DNA of 64,000 bases, taken from assembly GCA_045863855.1 (NCBI GenBank), contig BTVV01000016.1, forward strand, positions 16,123 through 80,122. The letters run 5' to 3'. This DNA comes from Planctomycetota bacterium. GTDB taxonomy: Bacteria > Planctomycetota > SZUA-567 > H5-PLA8. The translations under genes were made by a program, and so were the position numbers. Position 1 is the stretch's first letter; every line of letters begins with the position of its first letter. This document shows, piece after piece, positions 27,015-36,853 of this stretch. Under the pieces are notes generated by a model. That model was not told the origin of the DNA. It did not search any database and saw nothing but the letters and a program-made list of their open reading frames with translations.

Positions 27015-28877
27015 CTAGCGGTTGCGTTCCAGCTCGTCGCGAAGCTGCGTAGCAGTCGCAGACCACGGCGAAGCATCGGGAATTGTGGCCAGATCGGCGG
27101 CGGCTGCGTTCAATCGCGCGTTGCGTTCCGTGCTGCCTCGCGGCGCTTGCCCGGCGCGCGTCAACAGAATGCGCGTCCGTGCGATACGCAGTTCGGCATT
27201 TTCCGGCTGCAAGTGCAACGCTTCGTCAAACCGTGCTTGGGCTTCATCCCAACGGTGCTCGGCCTGCGCCATAACTCCAAGCCAGCCAAGCGCTTCGGCA
27301 CGCACGTCCGGCAGGTCGGTCATGCCTGCGCCCGGCGCCGCTGCCGCTTCGAGCGCCTTTCGCGCCAACTCGGCGCGGCCTTGCTCTAGCCGGTTCTTGC
27401 CGACTTCCAGAGCCACGGTGGCTCGGCGAAGTTGTCGCTCGGCGTCCACGCAATCGAGCATCGCTTCCCATTGCTCGAAGGCCAGCTCGCGAAAACGGTC
27501 GGCTTCCTCGCGCGTATGCAGATCGGCGCTTTCTTTGCGCGCGTACCAGCGCTCGAAGAGCGTCTGACCCAGCGCGTATCGCGCGAATGCCGCGCGCGGC
27601 TCCTTGCGCACGGCGTCGGCGAAGAGCGATCCGGTCTCGCGCCAGACCGCGCTGCGCTGGATGGAACTGAGCCCCCATGCGGCGAGGAGGGCGCAGACCA
27701 GCGCACGCAGCAGGGCTTCCGCACGCGGGCCGCGCGTTTCGAGCTTCCAGAGTCCGGCCAGCATCTCGGCCGCGACGAGCAGGAAGCCCGGAAGCGCCAG
27801 ATACGCATAGCGGTCGGCCATGACGTAGGGAATCGCAATCAGGTTCAAGCTCGGCCCCAGCGCGCCGAAAAACCAGAGCCAGCCCAGCGCGACGCGCGCG
27901 CGGTCGCGGCTCAGGCGAAAACTGAGCGCAATCAGCCCGAACAGCAGTGCGGCGTTTAGCCAAAGACGCGGATCGCTCAAGCTCACCAGCGGCTCGATGC
28001 CGTATGCCGCACTGAGGCGCACCGGCGCGACGATATTGAATAGATACCGAAGCAGAATTTCGGTATCGGTCAACAGCGCCGTAAAGACCGAGCCGCCGGG
28101 CGGCGGCATGAGATATGCACGGTGTCCCCGAATGCCCAGCCAAATAAAGACGCCTGCCAGCAGGCACGGCAGCGCGAGGTTCAGCGTGGTGCGTTTCCAT
28201 CCGCCGGCCTCGCGCCAGACCGGCCGGCCCGCGGGGCCGCTCCAGCCGCCGACCTCCAGAGCCGCCAGCAGCGGCACCAGCCCCAGCGCACTTTGCTTGC
28301 TCTGTAGCGCCGCCAGCAGCGCCAGGGACGCGAGCGGCGCGCGCCACTTCTCACGCGGCACGCCCAGCCAGGCGTAAACGGAAAGAAATCCGAAAAGCCC
28401 GGCCAGCGCGTTTTTGCGTTCGCTCACCCAGCAGACCGTCTCGCATTGAAGCGGATGAAGCGCGAATCCGACGGCCAGAGCCAGCGCGGCGGAGCGGCCG
28501 AGGCCCAGCCGCGCGAAGATGCGCAGCAGCACGGCCGCGGCGCCGAAGTGATACAGCGCCGTCATCCCGCGGGCGCCGGGCGCCCAACTGCCTTTCCAGG
28601 CGTCCAGCCAGCCCGAGAAGAGCGCTTGGTCGATGCGGTAGCTCAGCAGCGTGAGCGGAAAGTATGTCTCGTCGGCGTGCGGCACGAAGAGCGCGTGCCA
28701 CGGCGTTTCGGCCTTCAGCGCCCAATGCTCCAGCACGTGAGCGCCATCGTCGTAGGCCAGAAACGGAGCGTCCCAGCAATGCGCGAGCGGAAGGATCGCG
28801 GCCAGCGCGAGGATTGCGAATTCGCGTGCGCCAAAGCGCGGGCAGTCCGGTTGCGGAAGCGAGGCGGGTTCGGTCAT
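27015..28877 (-). CDS. TMTC-like (GT-C) protein mannosyltransferase homolog with C-terminal TPRs, copy 2
   Basis: AYDD acidic motif, YFPLTLLSY, HPLQCETVCWVSERKN, ADRYAYL, TPR-like tail. Confidence 0.82.
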   Translation of the reverse strand: MTEPASLPQPDCPRFGAREFAILALAAILPLAHCWDAPFLAYDDGAHVLEHWALKAETPWHALFVPHADETYFPLTLLSYRIDQALFSGWLDAWKGSWAPGARGMTALYHFGAAAVLLRIFARLGLGRSAALALAVGFALHPLQCETVCWVSERKNALAGLFGFLSVYAWLGVPREKWRAPLASLALLAALQSKQSALGLVPLLAALEVGGWSGPAGRPVWREAGGWKRTTLNLALPCLLAGVFIWLGIRGHRAYLMPPPGGSVFTALLTDTEILLRYLFNIVAPVRLSAAYGIEPLVSLSDPRLWLNAALLFGLIALSFRLSRDRARVALGWLWFFGALGPSLNLIAIPYVMADRYAYLALPGFLLVAAEMLAGLWKLETRGPRAEALLRALVCALLAAWGLSSIQRSAVWRETGSLFADAVRKEPRAAFARYALGQTLFERWYARKESADLHTREEADRFRELAFEQWEAMLDCVDAERQLRRATVALEVGKNRLEQGRAELARKALEAAAAPGAGMTDLPDVRAEALGWLGVMAQAEHRWDEAQARFDEALHLQPENAELRIARTRILLTRAGQAPRGSTERNARLNAAAADLATIPDASPWSATATQLRDELERNR

Positions 28878-28887
28878 GCGCAGCGCT

Positions 28888-31080
28888 CTACTCGCCGGTC
28901 TTTGGAGCGGCGGGAGGCGGCTCGGGCGCCGGAGCTTTAGGTGCATCCGGCTTCGGCTCGTCGGACTTTGGCGGAGTAGCGGTTGTGCCGGGCGGCTTCA
29001 TCTCTTTGAGAAGCCGTTTGGCTTCGAGGTACTGCGCCGAATCGGGTCCTACTCTTTTTAATGCGGCTTGCGCGCGTTCGAAATGCCGGCGCGCGGCGGC
29101 CAGGTCGCCGCTGCGTTCGGATAGATTATCTAGCGCGATCTCTGCGCCAGCCTGCACGAAATAGGCGTGGCTCAGTACCGGACAGGCTTCCACGGCATGC
29201 TGCGTGAGCCGCACGACTTCCGCCGCCGCCGCGACACGTGCCTCGAGGGCCGTTTCGCGCAGCCAGGCTTCGTGCAGGTACGATTCGGCCAGTGCGAGGT
29301 ACGCTTGGCCCAGCATATCGAGCCGGTAGTAGTACGAACGCCCGTCGATCTGCATACGCCGGAAGCCCGCCTTCAGCTCGGTTTCCAGCAGGCCGGCTTC
29401 CGCGCCTTCCGGCGGCGGGGGCGGCGGCAGCCAACCTTCCAGCGCTCGTCGGCTCTTGAGGTACAGGAGCGGGTCCAACCCCGAGACGGCCAGATCGACC
29501 GCGGCCTTGGCGATTATCATGCGTACGCGCAACGGGTCGTAATAGCGGTACGCGTCAGGGCAGCGCAACGCGCGTTCGAGTTGCCGGATCATCTCGATGC
29601 GCAGCCGGATACCCATCGAAAGCCGCTCCAGCGGTACGGGCAGCTTGCGGACCCACTCTTCATCGGGGTCGTCGCCGGCCGGCGTCAGGAGCTTCGGATC
29701 GATCTGCGGATCTTGGTCCTGCGCGCGCCGAGCCAGAACGATCGCGTATTGGATGCGCGCGAGCCCCGCATCGGGCTGCAGCGCCACGCTGTCGGCCATC
29801 AACCGTGCCGGATCGCCCCAAAGTTGTCCGCGCGGCAAAGCCAGCGCGCCCAACGCCACGACGTAGCAACCGCCGATTAGGAGCCCCGACGCGCTGGGAC
29901 CCGGTTGGGTCGCGGCGGCGGCGAAGGCGTTGCGCAAGTGCCCGAAGAGCCCCGCGGCGGTCTCCAGCAGCACCAGCAGAAGGCCGATCATCGGAAGGTA
30001 CACAAAGCGGTCCTGCATCGTGAAGCTGATCGCGACCAAGTTGGCCGCCGGAGAGAGCGCGCCGAAAAACCAGAGCCAGCCGAAGAGTGCGCGGCGACGG
30101 TGGCGTGCCAGAAACACGCTGATGAAGATCGCGGTGGCCAAGCCGAGGCCGTATAAGTACAGGCGCGGATCGGCCAGCGAGGCGATATCCGCAACCCCGT
30201 AAATGTGAGCGAGTCGCACCGGCGCCACGATCAGGATCGCGTAGCGTGCGAAGATCTCGACATCGGTCAACAGTGCGTAGAACCAGTGCCCGCCCGGCGG
30301 CGCGACGAGGCGAATCTGCCCGGCATCCACGCCCCACCACGCGAAGAATCCGGCCAGCAACGTGAGCGGTACCAGCCGCCAGACCAGTCCCGCGTACGCA
30401 CCTGCGGTGCTGCGCTCCCGTTCGTACTCGGCGGCGTTTAGCCGCAGCCGGTCGGGTCCGCCCAACAGTTCCAGCGCCACGAAGACCGGAAACCAGCCGA
30501 CGCCCGCTGGCTTGCTCATGCAAGCCAGCGCAAACCCCAGCGCGCCCAGCAGCAGGCCGGCCCACGACGGAAACCAGCGCACGTAGGCGTATAGGCCGGC
30601 CAGACCGAAAAAGACCAGCAGCACGTTGTTGCGCAACGTGATCCACGCGACGCTTTCGCAGGCGATCGGATGCGCCGCCCAAGCCAGCGCCACGAACAGC
30701 GCTTCCATCCGTTTCAGTCCCAGGCGGCCCAGCAGCGCCGCCAAGATCAGCGCGCTCAAGCCGTGAAATATCGCGCTGACCAGCCGGAAGCTCCACGGCG
30801 CCTCGCGCCCGAAGATCTCGAAATTGAGCCGGAAGCTGACCTGCGTGATCGGTGCGTAATGCGTGTCGTGGGCTTTGGTGAACGGTTTGTACCAAGGCGT
30901 GTCTTCGGCGAAGAGCTTGTTGTGCAGCACCAGGCTCTCGTCGTCCATAATGCTGAACGGCGCGTTGAACGATCCGGCCACCGGCAGGAACGCACCGGCA
31001 AATAGCACCAGCGCCGCTACCGTCCACCAGACGGTGGGCGGCCACTCCGGCCAGTCTTCGCCCGTACGCTCGTCGGCCAT
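28888..31080 (-). CDS. TMTC-like (GT-C) protein mannosyltransferase homolog with a helical/TPR tail, copy 1
   Basis: IMDD motif, HYAPITQVSF, HPIACESVAWITLRNN, QDRFVYLP. The ATG at 31080 overlaps the upstream TGA. Confidence 0.82.
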   Translation of the reverse strand: MADERTGEDWPEWPPTVWWTVAALVLFAGAFLPVAGSFNAPFSIMDDESLVLHNKLFAEDTPWYKPFTKAHDTHYAPITQVSFRLNFEIFGREAPWSFRLVSAIFHGLSALILAALLGRLGLKRMEALFVALAWAAHPIACESVAWITLRNNVLLVFFGLAGLYAYVRWFPSWAGLLLGALGFALACMSKPAGVGWFPVFVALELLGGPDRLRLNAAEYERERSTAGAYAGLVWRLVPLTLLAGFFAWWGVDAGQIRLVAPPGGHWFYALLTDVEIFARYAILIVAPVRLAHIYGVADIASLADPRLYLYGLGLATAIFISVFLARHRRRALFGWLWFFGALSPAANLVAISFTMQDRFVYLPMIGLLLVLLETAAGLFGHLRNAFAAAATQPGPSASGLLIGGCYVVALGALALPRGQLWGDPARLMADSVALQPDAGLARIQYAIVLARRAQDQDPQIDPKLLTPAGDDPDEEWVRKLPVPLERLSMGIRLRIEMIRQLERALRCPDAYRYYDPLRVRMIIAKAAVDLAVSGLDPLLYLKSRRALEGWLPPPPPPEGAEAGLLETELKAGFRRMQIDGRSYYYRLDMLGQAYLALAESYLHEAWLRETALEARVAAAAEVVRLTQHAVEACPVLSHAYFVQAGAEIALDNLSERSGDLAAARRHFERAQAALKRVGPDSAQYLEAKRLLKEMKPPGTTATPPKSDEPKPDAPKAPAPEPPPAAPKTGE

Positions 31081-31664
31081 CAGCCCGCCACCTCGTGCCC
31101 GTCCAGAAGCGCACCCGATTCGAGATCGAAGATACGGACCTCGAAGCGCGGGCGGCGCTGGCCTTCTTCCGGGTCGTGAATCGTGAGCAGCCCGTACGAG
31201 ACCGGCAGTTCGAAGCGCCGCGGCCCGCACGAACCGGGATTGACGAACATTGTCCCGTTGTACTCCTGGACCCGGGGTTGGTGCGTGTGGCCGGTCAGAA
31301 TCAGACGCGGGCGTTCGGCTTTCATCACCGCCGCCACCGGCGGAAGCGGCTCCTCGGGCGTGCCGAGGTAATGCGTGATCAGAATCGAGACGCCGTGAAG
31401 ATCGCGGAGGGCGAAGCTGGGAATGCGTAGCGCCGGGACGCATACATCCACGTTGCCTTTCACTGCGGTAACCGGTGCAAGCCGCTGGAGGTCGGCAAGC
31501 ACCTCGGGCGTTCCGACATCCCCGGCATGTAGAATCTCCTCGACGCCCGCAAGCGCGGCGACCATTTCCGGCCGCAACAGCCCATGCGTGTCCGATATCA
31601 GCCCGATCCGGTAAGGGCCTTTCGAGAGTAAGCGTCGGCGCGAGGAGCGGCGTGGAGCGGTCAC
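31080..31664 (-). CDS. YfcE/MJ0936-family metallophosphoesterase
   Basis: SDTHG, HAGD, GNVD, GHTH, NPGS motifs. The GTG start at 31664 is inferred. Confidence 0.9.
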   Translation of the reverse strand: MTAPRRSSRRRLLSKGPYRIGLISDTHGLLRPEMVAALAGVEEILHAGDVGTPEVLADLQRLAPVTAVKGNVDVCVPALRIPSFALRDLHGVSILITHYLGTPEEPLPPVAAVMKAERPRLILTGHTHQPRVQEYNGTMFVNPGSCGPRRFELPVSYGLLTIHDPEEGQRRPRFEVRIFDLESGALLDGHEVAG

Positions 31665-31753
31665 GGTGTGCTTCCAAATAGAGGAATTCCGGCGAGGCGC
31701 ATACCTCACAACATAGTCTTTTGCTCGATTCTTGGCGAGGACCAACCCTCGCC

Positions 31754-31783
31754 TTGACAGTAGGGCTGGGGTGCCCTTACGCT
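31754..31783 (+). promoter_or_regulatory. Candidate sigma70 promoter for tyrA
   Basis: TTGACA-18 nt-TACGCT in the divergent intergenic region. Confidence 0.45.
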
Positions 31784-31891
31784 GACCTGAAAGGAAGTGT
31801 TACGAGCGCTTGGAGTTAGCGGTGCGGCGGATCACCATTAGCAACGCCTGTGCCGAATCTGATTGGAACTGCGGAAGAGGAAGAACGAACG

Positions 31892-32836
31892 GTGTTGCAT
31901 CGACTTTGCATTGTGGGGTTGGGGCTGATGGGCGGCGCAGTCGGCTTGGCCGCGCGCAGGCACCGTGCGGCGACGCGCGTCATCGGCGTCGGCGATCAAC
32001 AAGAAACCATCGATAAAGCGCGCCGCATGGGCGCCGTGGACGACGCGACGCTCGACGTCCGGGAAGGTGTCCGCGACGCCGATCTGGTCATTCTGGCCGT
32101 GCCGGTGCGCTTGATCCCCGATGTCGCCAAGGCCATCCTGGGTTCGCTCCGCCAAGGCACCGTCTTGACCGATCTGGGCAGCACCAAGGCGCCGGTCGTG
32201 CACGCCATCGATCATCTGATCGCGCAGTCGAAAGCCCCCGTTCACTTCGTGGGCAGCCATCCCATTACCGGAAGCGAGAAGTCGGGCATTGAAAGCGCGG
32301 GTGAGGTGCAGTTGGAGGAAGCCTCCTGCATCCTGACGCCCACGCAGCAGACCGATCACGAAGCGTACCGGACCGTCGACGACTTCTGGAAGTCGCTGCA
32401 GATGAAGACGCAGCGCATGGCGCCCGAAGAACACGACGCGGTTCTGGCGCGCAGCAGCCATCTGCCGCATCTGGTCAGCTACGCGCTGATTCAGGCCCAG
32501 ACCAACCGCAGCCTCCAGTTTTCCGGGCCGGGCCTGCGCGATCTGACTCGCCTGGCGGGAAGCGACGTGCGCCTCTGGACCGATATTTATACGCAGAACG
32601 CGAACGAAATGGCGAAGGTGGTGAAAGAGTACGCCGATTCGATGCAAGCCTTGGCGCAGGAGTTCACGGCGCTGGCTCAAGCCGGCACGCCGGGTTCCGA
32701 AGCCGCGCGCGAGCGCCTCTTCCGCTACCTCGCCGACGCCCGGCAGCGCCACGACGAACGCTTCCCGCCCGGCAAGCCCAAGGCACCAGAACCGGATATC
32801 CGCGAGAAGGATACGCAGGTGGTGCCGCAGCAGTAG
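31892..32836 (+). CDS. tyrA: Prephenate/arogenate dehydrogenase
   Basis: GLGLMGG, TDLGSTK, GSHPITGSEKSG, EEHD...SHLPH, RDLTRLAGSD. Confidence 0.93.
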   Translation: MLHRLCIVGLGLMGGAVGLAARRHRAATRVIGVGDQQETIDKARRMGAVDDATLDVREGVRDADLVILAVPVRLIPDVAKAILGSLRQGTVLTDLGSTKAPVVHAIDHLIAQSKAPVHFVGSHPITGSEKSGIESAGEVQLEEASCILTPTQQTDHEAYRTVDDFWKSLQMKTQRMAPEEHDAVLARSSHLPHLVSYALIQAQTNRSLQFSGPGLRDLTRLAGSDVRLWTDIYTQNANEMAKVVKEYADSMQALAQEFTALAQAGTPGSEAARERLFRYLADARQRHDERFPPGKPKAPEPDIREKDTQVVPQQ

Positions 32837-32946
32837 GGGTATCCGGCCCGCAGAGAGGCGGCGCCGAATGAACGAAAGATCCGCGCGCATTTGGGGTTGT
32901 TGAATATACGGATTGAGACTTTCTGATAGTTCTCCACGGAATGCAT

Positions 32947-33552
32947 ATGGCCGACTCCACTCCCGATACGCCGCCGCCCCCGGATGTCCCCTCTACGGAC
33001 GTTAAAGCGCCCAAACCGCGCTCGGAGGCGCTCGCCGATCTGCGCAGCGAGCCAACCGAGATCCCGATCCTCGACGTAAACGTATCCCTCTGGATGGGCT
33101 GGAAGGCCTTTGGCTGGGCCGGCTTGATCGGGCTGGCCGGGCTCGCGGTCCTGATCGTCGGCTTGACCCAGAATGCCGGCGCCGCGAGCCAGGTTCTCGT
33201 GATCGTCGGCGGAGCCGCGTTCGGCGCGATCGTGCTCCTGATCCCGTACCTCGTACTGTCCATTCGAGCGCTGCGCTACAAGATCACCAACCGCCTGATC
33301 GAGCGCGAGCGCGGGCTGTGGGTCAAGAACGTGGATAGCTTGGACTTGGGACGCGTGAAGGACGTTCGACTGACCCAGAACGTGGTTCAACGCGTCCTGG
33401 GCATCGGGACCATCCACGTGCTCAGTTCGGACCAGAGCGACCCGGTCATGACGCTGGAAGCGATCAAGAATCCGCGCCAGGCGTACGAACAGCTCCGCGA
33501 TGCCGTGATGCAGGTCACGCATGCACGCGGCGTCATCCCGATGGACCGTTGA
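32947..33552 (+). CDS. Membrane protein with a bacterial PH (bPH_2/DUF304) domain
   Basis: Two TM helices followed by YKITNRLI..ERGL...RVKDV..QNVVQRVLGIGTI. Confidence 0.85.
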   Translation: MADSTPDTPPPPDVPSTDVKAPKPRSEALADLRSEPTEIPILDVNVSLWMGWKAFGWAGLIGLAGLAVLIVGLTQNAGAASQVLVIVGGAAFGAIVLLIPYLVLSIRALRYKITNRLIERERGLWVKNVDSLDLGRVKDVRLTQNVVQRVLGIGTIHVLSSDQSDPVMTLEAIKNPRQAYEQLRDAVMQVTHARGVIPMDR

Positions 33553-33716
33553 GGCGACTTGGGGGCGTGCCGCAGGGTGTTCCGGTGCGGACCTAGGGTC
33601 AGCACCGGCAAGAGCCGATCCGGACGGCGAACGCCGCCGAAAGCGAAGAATTTCCGACAACTTCGTAGCGTGCCCGCATGACACGACTTGCACGGCCACA
33701 CATGCGTTTTCCTCCG

Positions 33717-33744
33717 TTGTCGCGATCCCTCTCAAATCTATACT
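33717..33744 (+). promoter_or_regulatory. Candidate promoter giving a leaderless purL transcript
   Basis: TTGTCG-16 nt-TATACT, then 7 nt to ATG 33752; no SD sequence. Confidence 0.5.
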
Positions 33745-33751
33745 CGCCTGC

Positions 33752-36700
33752 ATGGGCACCGCTGAAACTACGCTGTATCGCATCGAAGTCGGGCTGCGCG
33801 AAGACCTGCCGGATCCGGCAGGCGCGGGCTTGGCGGGGGAATTCAAGACGCTGGGGCTGCCGGCCCCCGAGCGCGCGCGAACCGTGCGTTTGTATTGGCT
33901 CGAAGGCCCCTTCGAGCGCGCGCAGATGGAGGCGGTTGCGCGGGAACTCTTCAGCGATCCCGTGACCGAGCGTTGCGCCATCGACGCGCCGGTCTACGCA
34001 ACGAACGGCCAGGCCGTACGCAGCGTCGAAGTCGTACGCAAGCCCGGCGTGATGGACCCCGTCGTCGGCAGCATCCGTAAAGCCCTGGCCGACCGCGGCC
34101 TGCATCCGACGCTCATCGCCACCGGCCGCAAGGCGCTCTTCTACGGCAATCTGGACCACGAGACCCTGCGCCTTGCCGGACGCCGCATCCTGGCCAACGA
34201 ATCCATCGAAGAGATCCACATCGACTGTGCCGCTCCGGTGCACCGCATCCGCGGGCAGGCGCCCTTTGTCCTGCGCATGGTTCCGCTGCGCGGCAAGAGC
34301 GACGCCGAATTGGAGCAGATCAGCAAGGACGGCACACTCTCCCTGACGCAGGCCGAGATGAAGAGCATCGTCGCGTATTACGAGCAGTTGGGGCGCGACC
34401 CGACCGACGTTGAGTTGGAGACCGTCGCGCAGACGTGGTCCGAACACTGCCGCCATAAAACCTTGAAGGGCTGTGTGGAGTTCACCGGCCCCGGTGGCCA
34501 GAAGAAGCGCTACGAGAACCTGCTCAAAGAGACCATCGTCCGCGCCACCGAAAGCGTGGACCATCCGGCGTGCCTCTCGGTCTTCAAGGACAACGCAGGC
34601 GTCGTGGCCTTCGACGAGCAGTGGGCGGTCACCTTTAAGGTGGAGACGCACAACCATCCCAGCGCCATCGAGCCCTACGGCGGCGCGGGTACGGGCATCG
34701 GTGGCGTGATCCGCGACACGCTCGGCACGGGCCTCGGCGCGAAGCCGATCGCGAACACGGACGTCTTCTGCTTTGGGCTACCCGATACCCCGTTCGAGGC
34801 GCTGCCCGCGGGCACGCTGCATCCCCGGCGCGTCATGAGCGGCGTGGTCTCCGGCGTGCGCGACTACGGCAATCGCATGGGCATCCCGACGGTGAACGGC
34901 GCCGTGCATTTCGATCCGCGCTATGTCGGCAATCCGCTGGTCTACGCCGGAAGCGTCGGCCTGATTCCGCGGAATCAGATCGAGAAAGCCGCGCGTCCCG
35001 GCGATCTGATCGTCGCCTTGGGCGGCCGCACCGGCCGAGACGGCATCCACGGCGCGACTTTCAGCTCCGTCGAACTGACCAGCGAGAGCGAAGCCGTCAA
35101 CAGCGGCGCCGTGCAGATCGGGAACGCGATCGAAGAAAAGAAAGTTCTCGATGTGATGCTGCGCGCGCGCGACGAGGGGCTGTATTCCTGCGTGACCGAC
35201 TGCGGCGCGGGCGGATTCAGCAGCGCCGTCGGCGAAATGGGCGAGCATACCGGCGCCGAGGTCGACCTCGAGACCGTTCCGCTCAAGTACGCGGGACTCA
35301 GCTACACCGAAATCTGGATCAGCGAAGCGCAGGAACGCATGGTTTTGGCGGTGCCCCCCGAACATTGGGCGCGCCTGCAGACGCTGTGCCGGGAAGAAGA
35401 TGTCGAAGCGACGGCGATCGGGCGCTTCGCCAGCGACGGGCAGTTAAAACTGCGCTACCGCGGCATCGCGGTGGGCGAGATGGCCATGAGCTTCCTGCAC
35501 GGCGGCCTGCCGAAGGTGGAACGCAAAGCCGTTTGGAATGGGCCGAGCATATCGGGGGCATCGGTAGTTGGTCTAGGCGACGTGATCGGCCTTGTGCATA
35601 AGGCTAGCGCAAAAGTAAAGGCGGAGCGCGGTGAGTCATTGAGTTGGGTGGAAAGTGTTTGGTCATCGGATGAGCCGAAGAATCTCTTGCTGCGCATCCT
35701 CGCCCATCCGACCGTAGCCTCGAAGCACCGCGTGATTCGCCAGTACGACCACGAAGTCCAGGGCCGCACGGTCCTCAAGCCATTAGTTGGCGTGCGTGAC
35801 GAGGGCCCGGGCGACGCGGCGGTAATCACGCCGGTCCTGGGTTCGACGAAAGGCATCGCGCTCAGCAACGGTCTGTGCCCCCAGTTTACCGACCTCGATC
35901 CGCGCGAGATGGCCAAGCTGGCGGTCGACGAAGCATTGCGCAATGCCGTGGCCGTCGGCGGCGATCCGGCGCATACCTTCATCCTCGATAACTTCTCCTG
36001 GGGCCGCACCTCGCGCCCCGAACAGCTTGGCAGCTTGGTCCTGACCTGCGAAGGCGCGACCGAAGCGGCCATCGCCTACGGGCTTCCGTTCATCAGCGGC
36101 AAGGACTCGCTGAACAACGAGTACGCCTTCGGCGAGAAGACCATCGCGATCCCCGGCACGCTGCTCGTCAGCGCCCTCGCCATCGTTCCCGACGTCCGCG
36201 AATGCGTGACGATGGATCTTAAGCGCGCGGGGAATCTGGTATTCCTGGTGGGCGAAACCAACGGTGAACTCGGCGCTTCGCACTACAACCTCGTGACCGG
36301 CCGCTCGCCGCTCGATGGCGCCTGCCCGCGCGTGGACTTGGAGCGCGCGAAGAAGATGTACTTCATCCTGCACGCCTGCATTCGCGAAAAGCTGATCGCG
36401 AGTTGCCACGACCTGAGCGAAGGCGGTCTGGCGGTGGCTGCGGCCGAAATGGCCTTCGCCGGCGGCCTGGGGCTGCTGATGGGGCTCGAGAATGTGCCCG
36501 GCGGGACGGAGTTGTCAGACGAAGCGCTGCTCTTCGGCGAAAGCCCCTCGCGCTTCCTGATCGAAGTTGAGCGCGAGAAGTGCGAGCTGATTCAAAACGC
36601 CTTCCGCGGCCTCCCGTGCGCGTGCATCGGCAGCGTGGACGAAAACCCGATTCTCGCCATCAGCCGACCGGCAGGCCCGGACCAAGTGCGCACCTTGGTG

Positions 36701-36754
36701 CATACGGGAATCGAGGAACTTAAAGCCGCGTGGCTCGGAACGCCGAACGGTTGA
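33752..36754 (+). CDS. purL: Phosphoribosylformylglycinamidine synthase PurL with an N-terminal PurS-like region
   Basis: AQTWSEHCRHK, KVETHNHPSAIEPYGGAGTG, GRTGRDGIHGATFSS, SEAQERM, FISGKDSLNN, CHDLSEGGL. Confidence 0.96.
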   Translation: MGTAETTLYRIEVGLREDLPDPAGAGLAGEFKTLGLPAPERARTVRLYWLEGPFERAQMEAVARELFSDPVTERCAIDAPVYATNGQAVRSVEVVRKPGVMDPVVGSIRKALADRGLHPTLIATGRKALFYGNLDHETLRLAGRRILANESIEEIHIDCAAPVHRIRGQAPFVLRMVPLRGKSDAELEQISKDGTLSLTQAEMKSIVAYYEQLGRDPTDVELETVAQTWSEHCRHKTLKGCVEFTGPGGQKKRYENLLKETIVRATESVDHPACLSVFKDNAGVVAFDEQWAVTFKVETHNHPSAIEPYGGAGTGIGGVIRDTLGTGLGAKPIANTDVFCFGLPDTPFEALPAGTLHPRRVMSGVVSGVRDYGNRMGIPTVNGAVHFDPRYVGNPLVYAGSVGLIPRNQIEKAARPGDLIVALGGRTGRDGIHGATFSSVELTSESEAVNSGAVQIGNAIEEKKVLDVMLRARDEGLYSCVTDCGAGGFSSAVGEMGEHTGAEVDLETVPLKYAGLSYTEIWISEAQERMVLAVPPEHWARLQTLCREEDVEATAIGRFASDGQLKLRYRGIAVGEMAMSFLHGGLPKVERKAVWNGPSISGASVVGLGDVIGLVHKASAKVKAERGESLSWVESVWSSDEPKNLLLRILAHPTVASKHRVIRQYDHEVQGRTVLKPLVGVRDEGPGDAAVITPVLGSTKGIALSNGLCPQFTDLDPREMAKLAVDEALRNAVAVGGDPAHTFILDNFSWGRTSRPEQLGSLVLTCEGATEAAIAYGLPFISGKDSLNNEYAFGEKTIAIPGTLLVSALAIVPDVRECVTMDLKRAGNLVFLVGETNGELGASHYNLVTGRSPLDGACPRVDLERAKKMYFILHACIREKLIASCHDLSEGGLAVAAAEMAFAGGLGLLMGLENVPGGTELSDEALLFGESPSRFLIEVEREKCELIQNAFRGLPCACIGSVDENPILAISRPAGPDQVRTLVHTGIEELKAAWLGTPNG

Positions 36755-36853
36755 GCGCGTTTTTCGGAGAATTTATGGAATAGCCGTATCGCGGAGCCAT
36801 CTTTTGGAGGAGCGCCTTCCATTTCGGTTGGAGCTATGGAAAAGGAGATCGTC

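Noticed and set aside
33553..33751. ZTP or purine riboswitch upstream of purL
   Set aside because: No consensus match, and the promoter geometry suggests a leaderless mRNA.
35531..35690. Intein in PurL
   Set aside because: Too short, with no His-Asn C-terminus or other intein block motifs.
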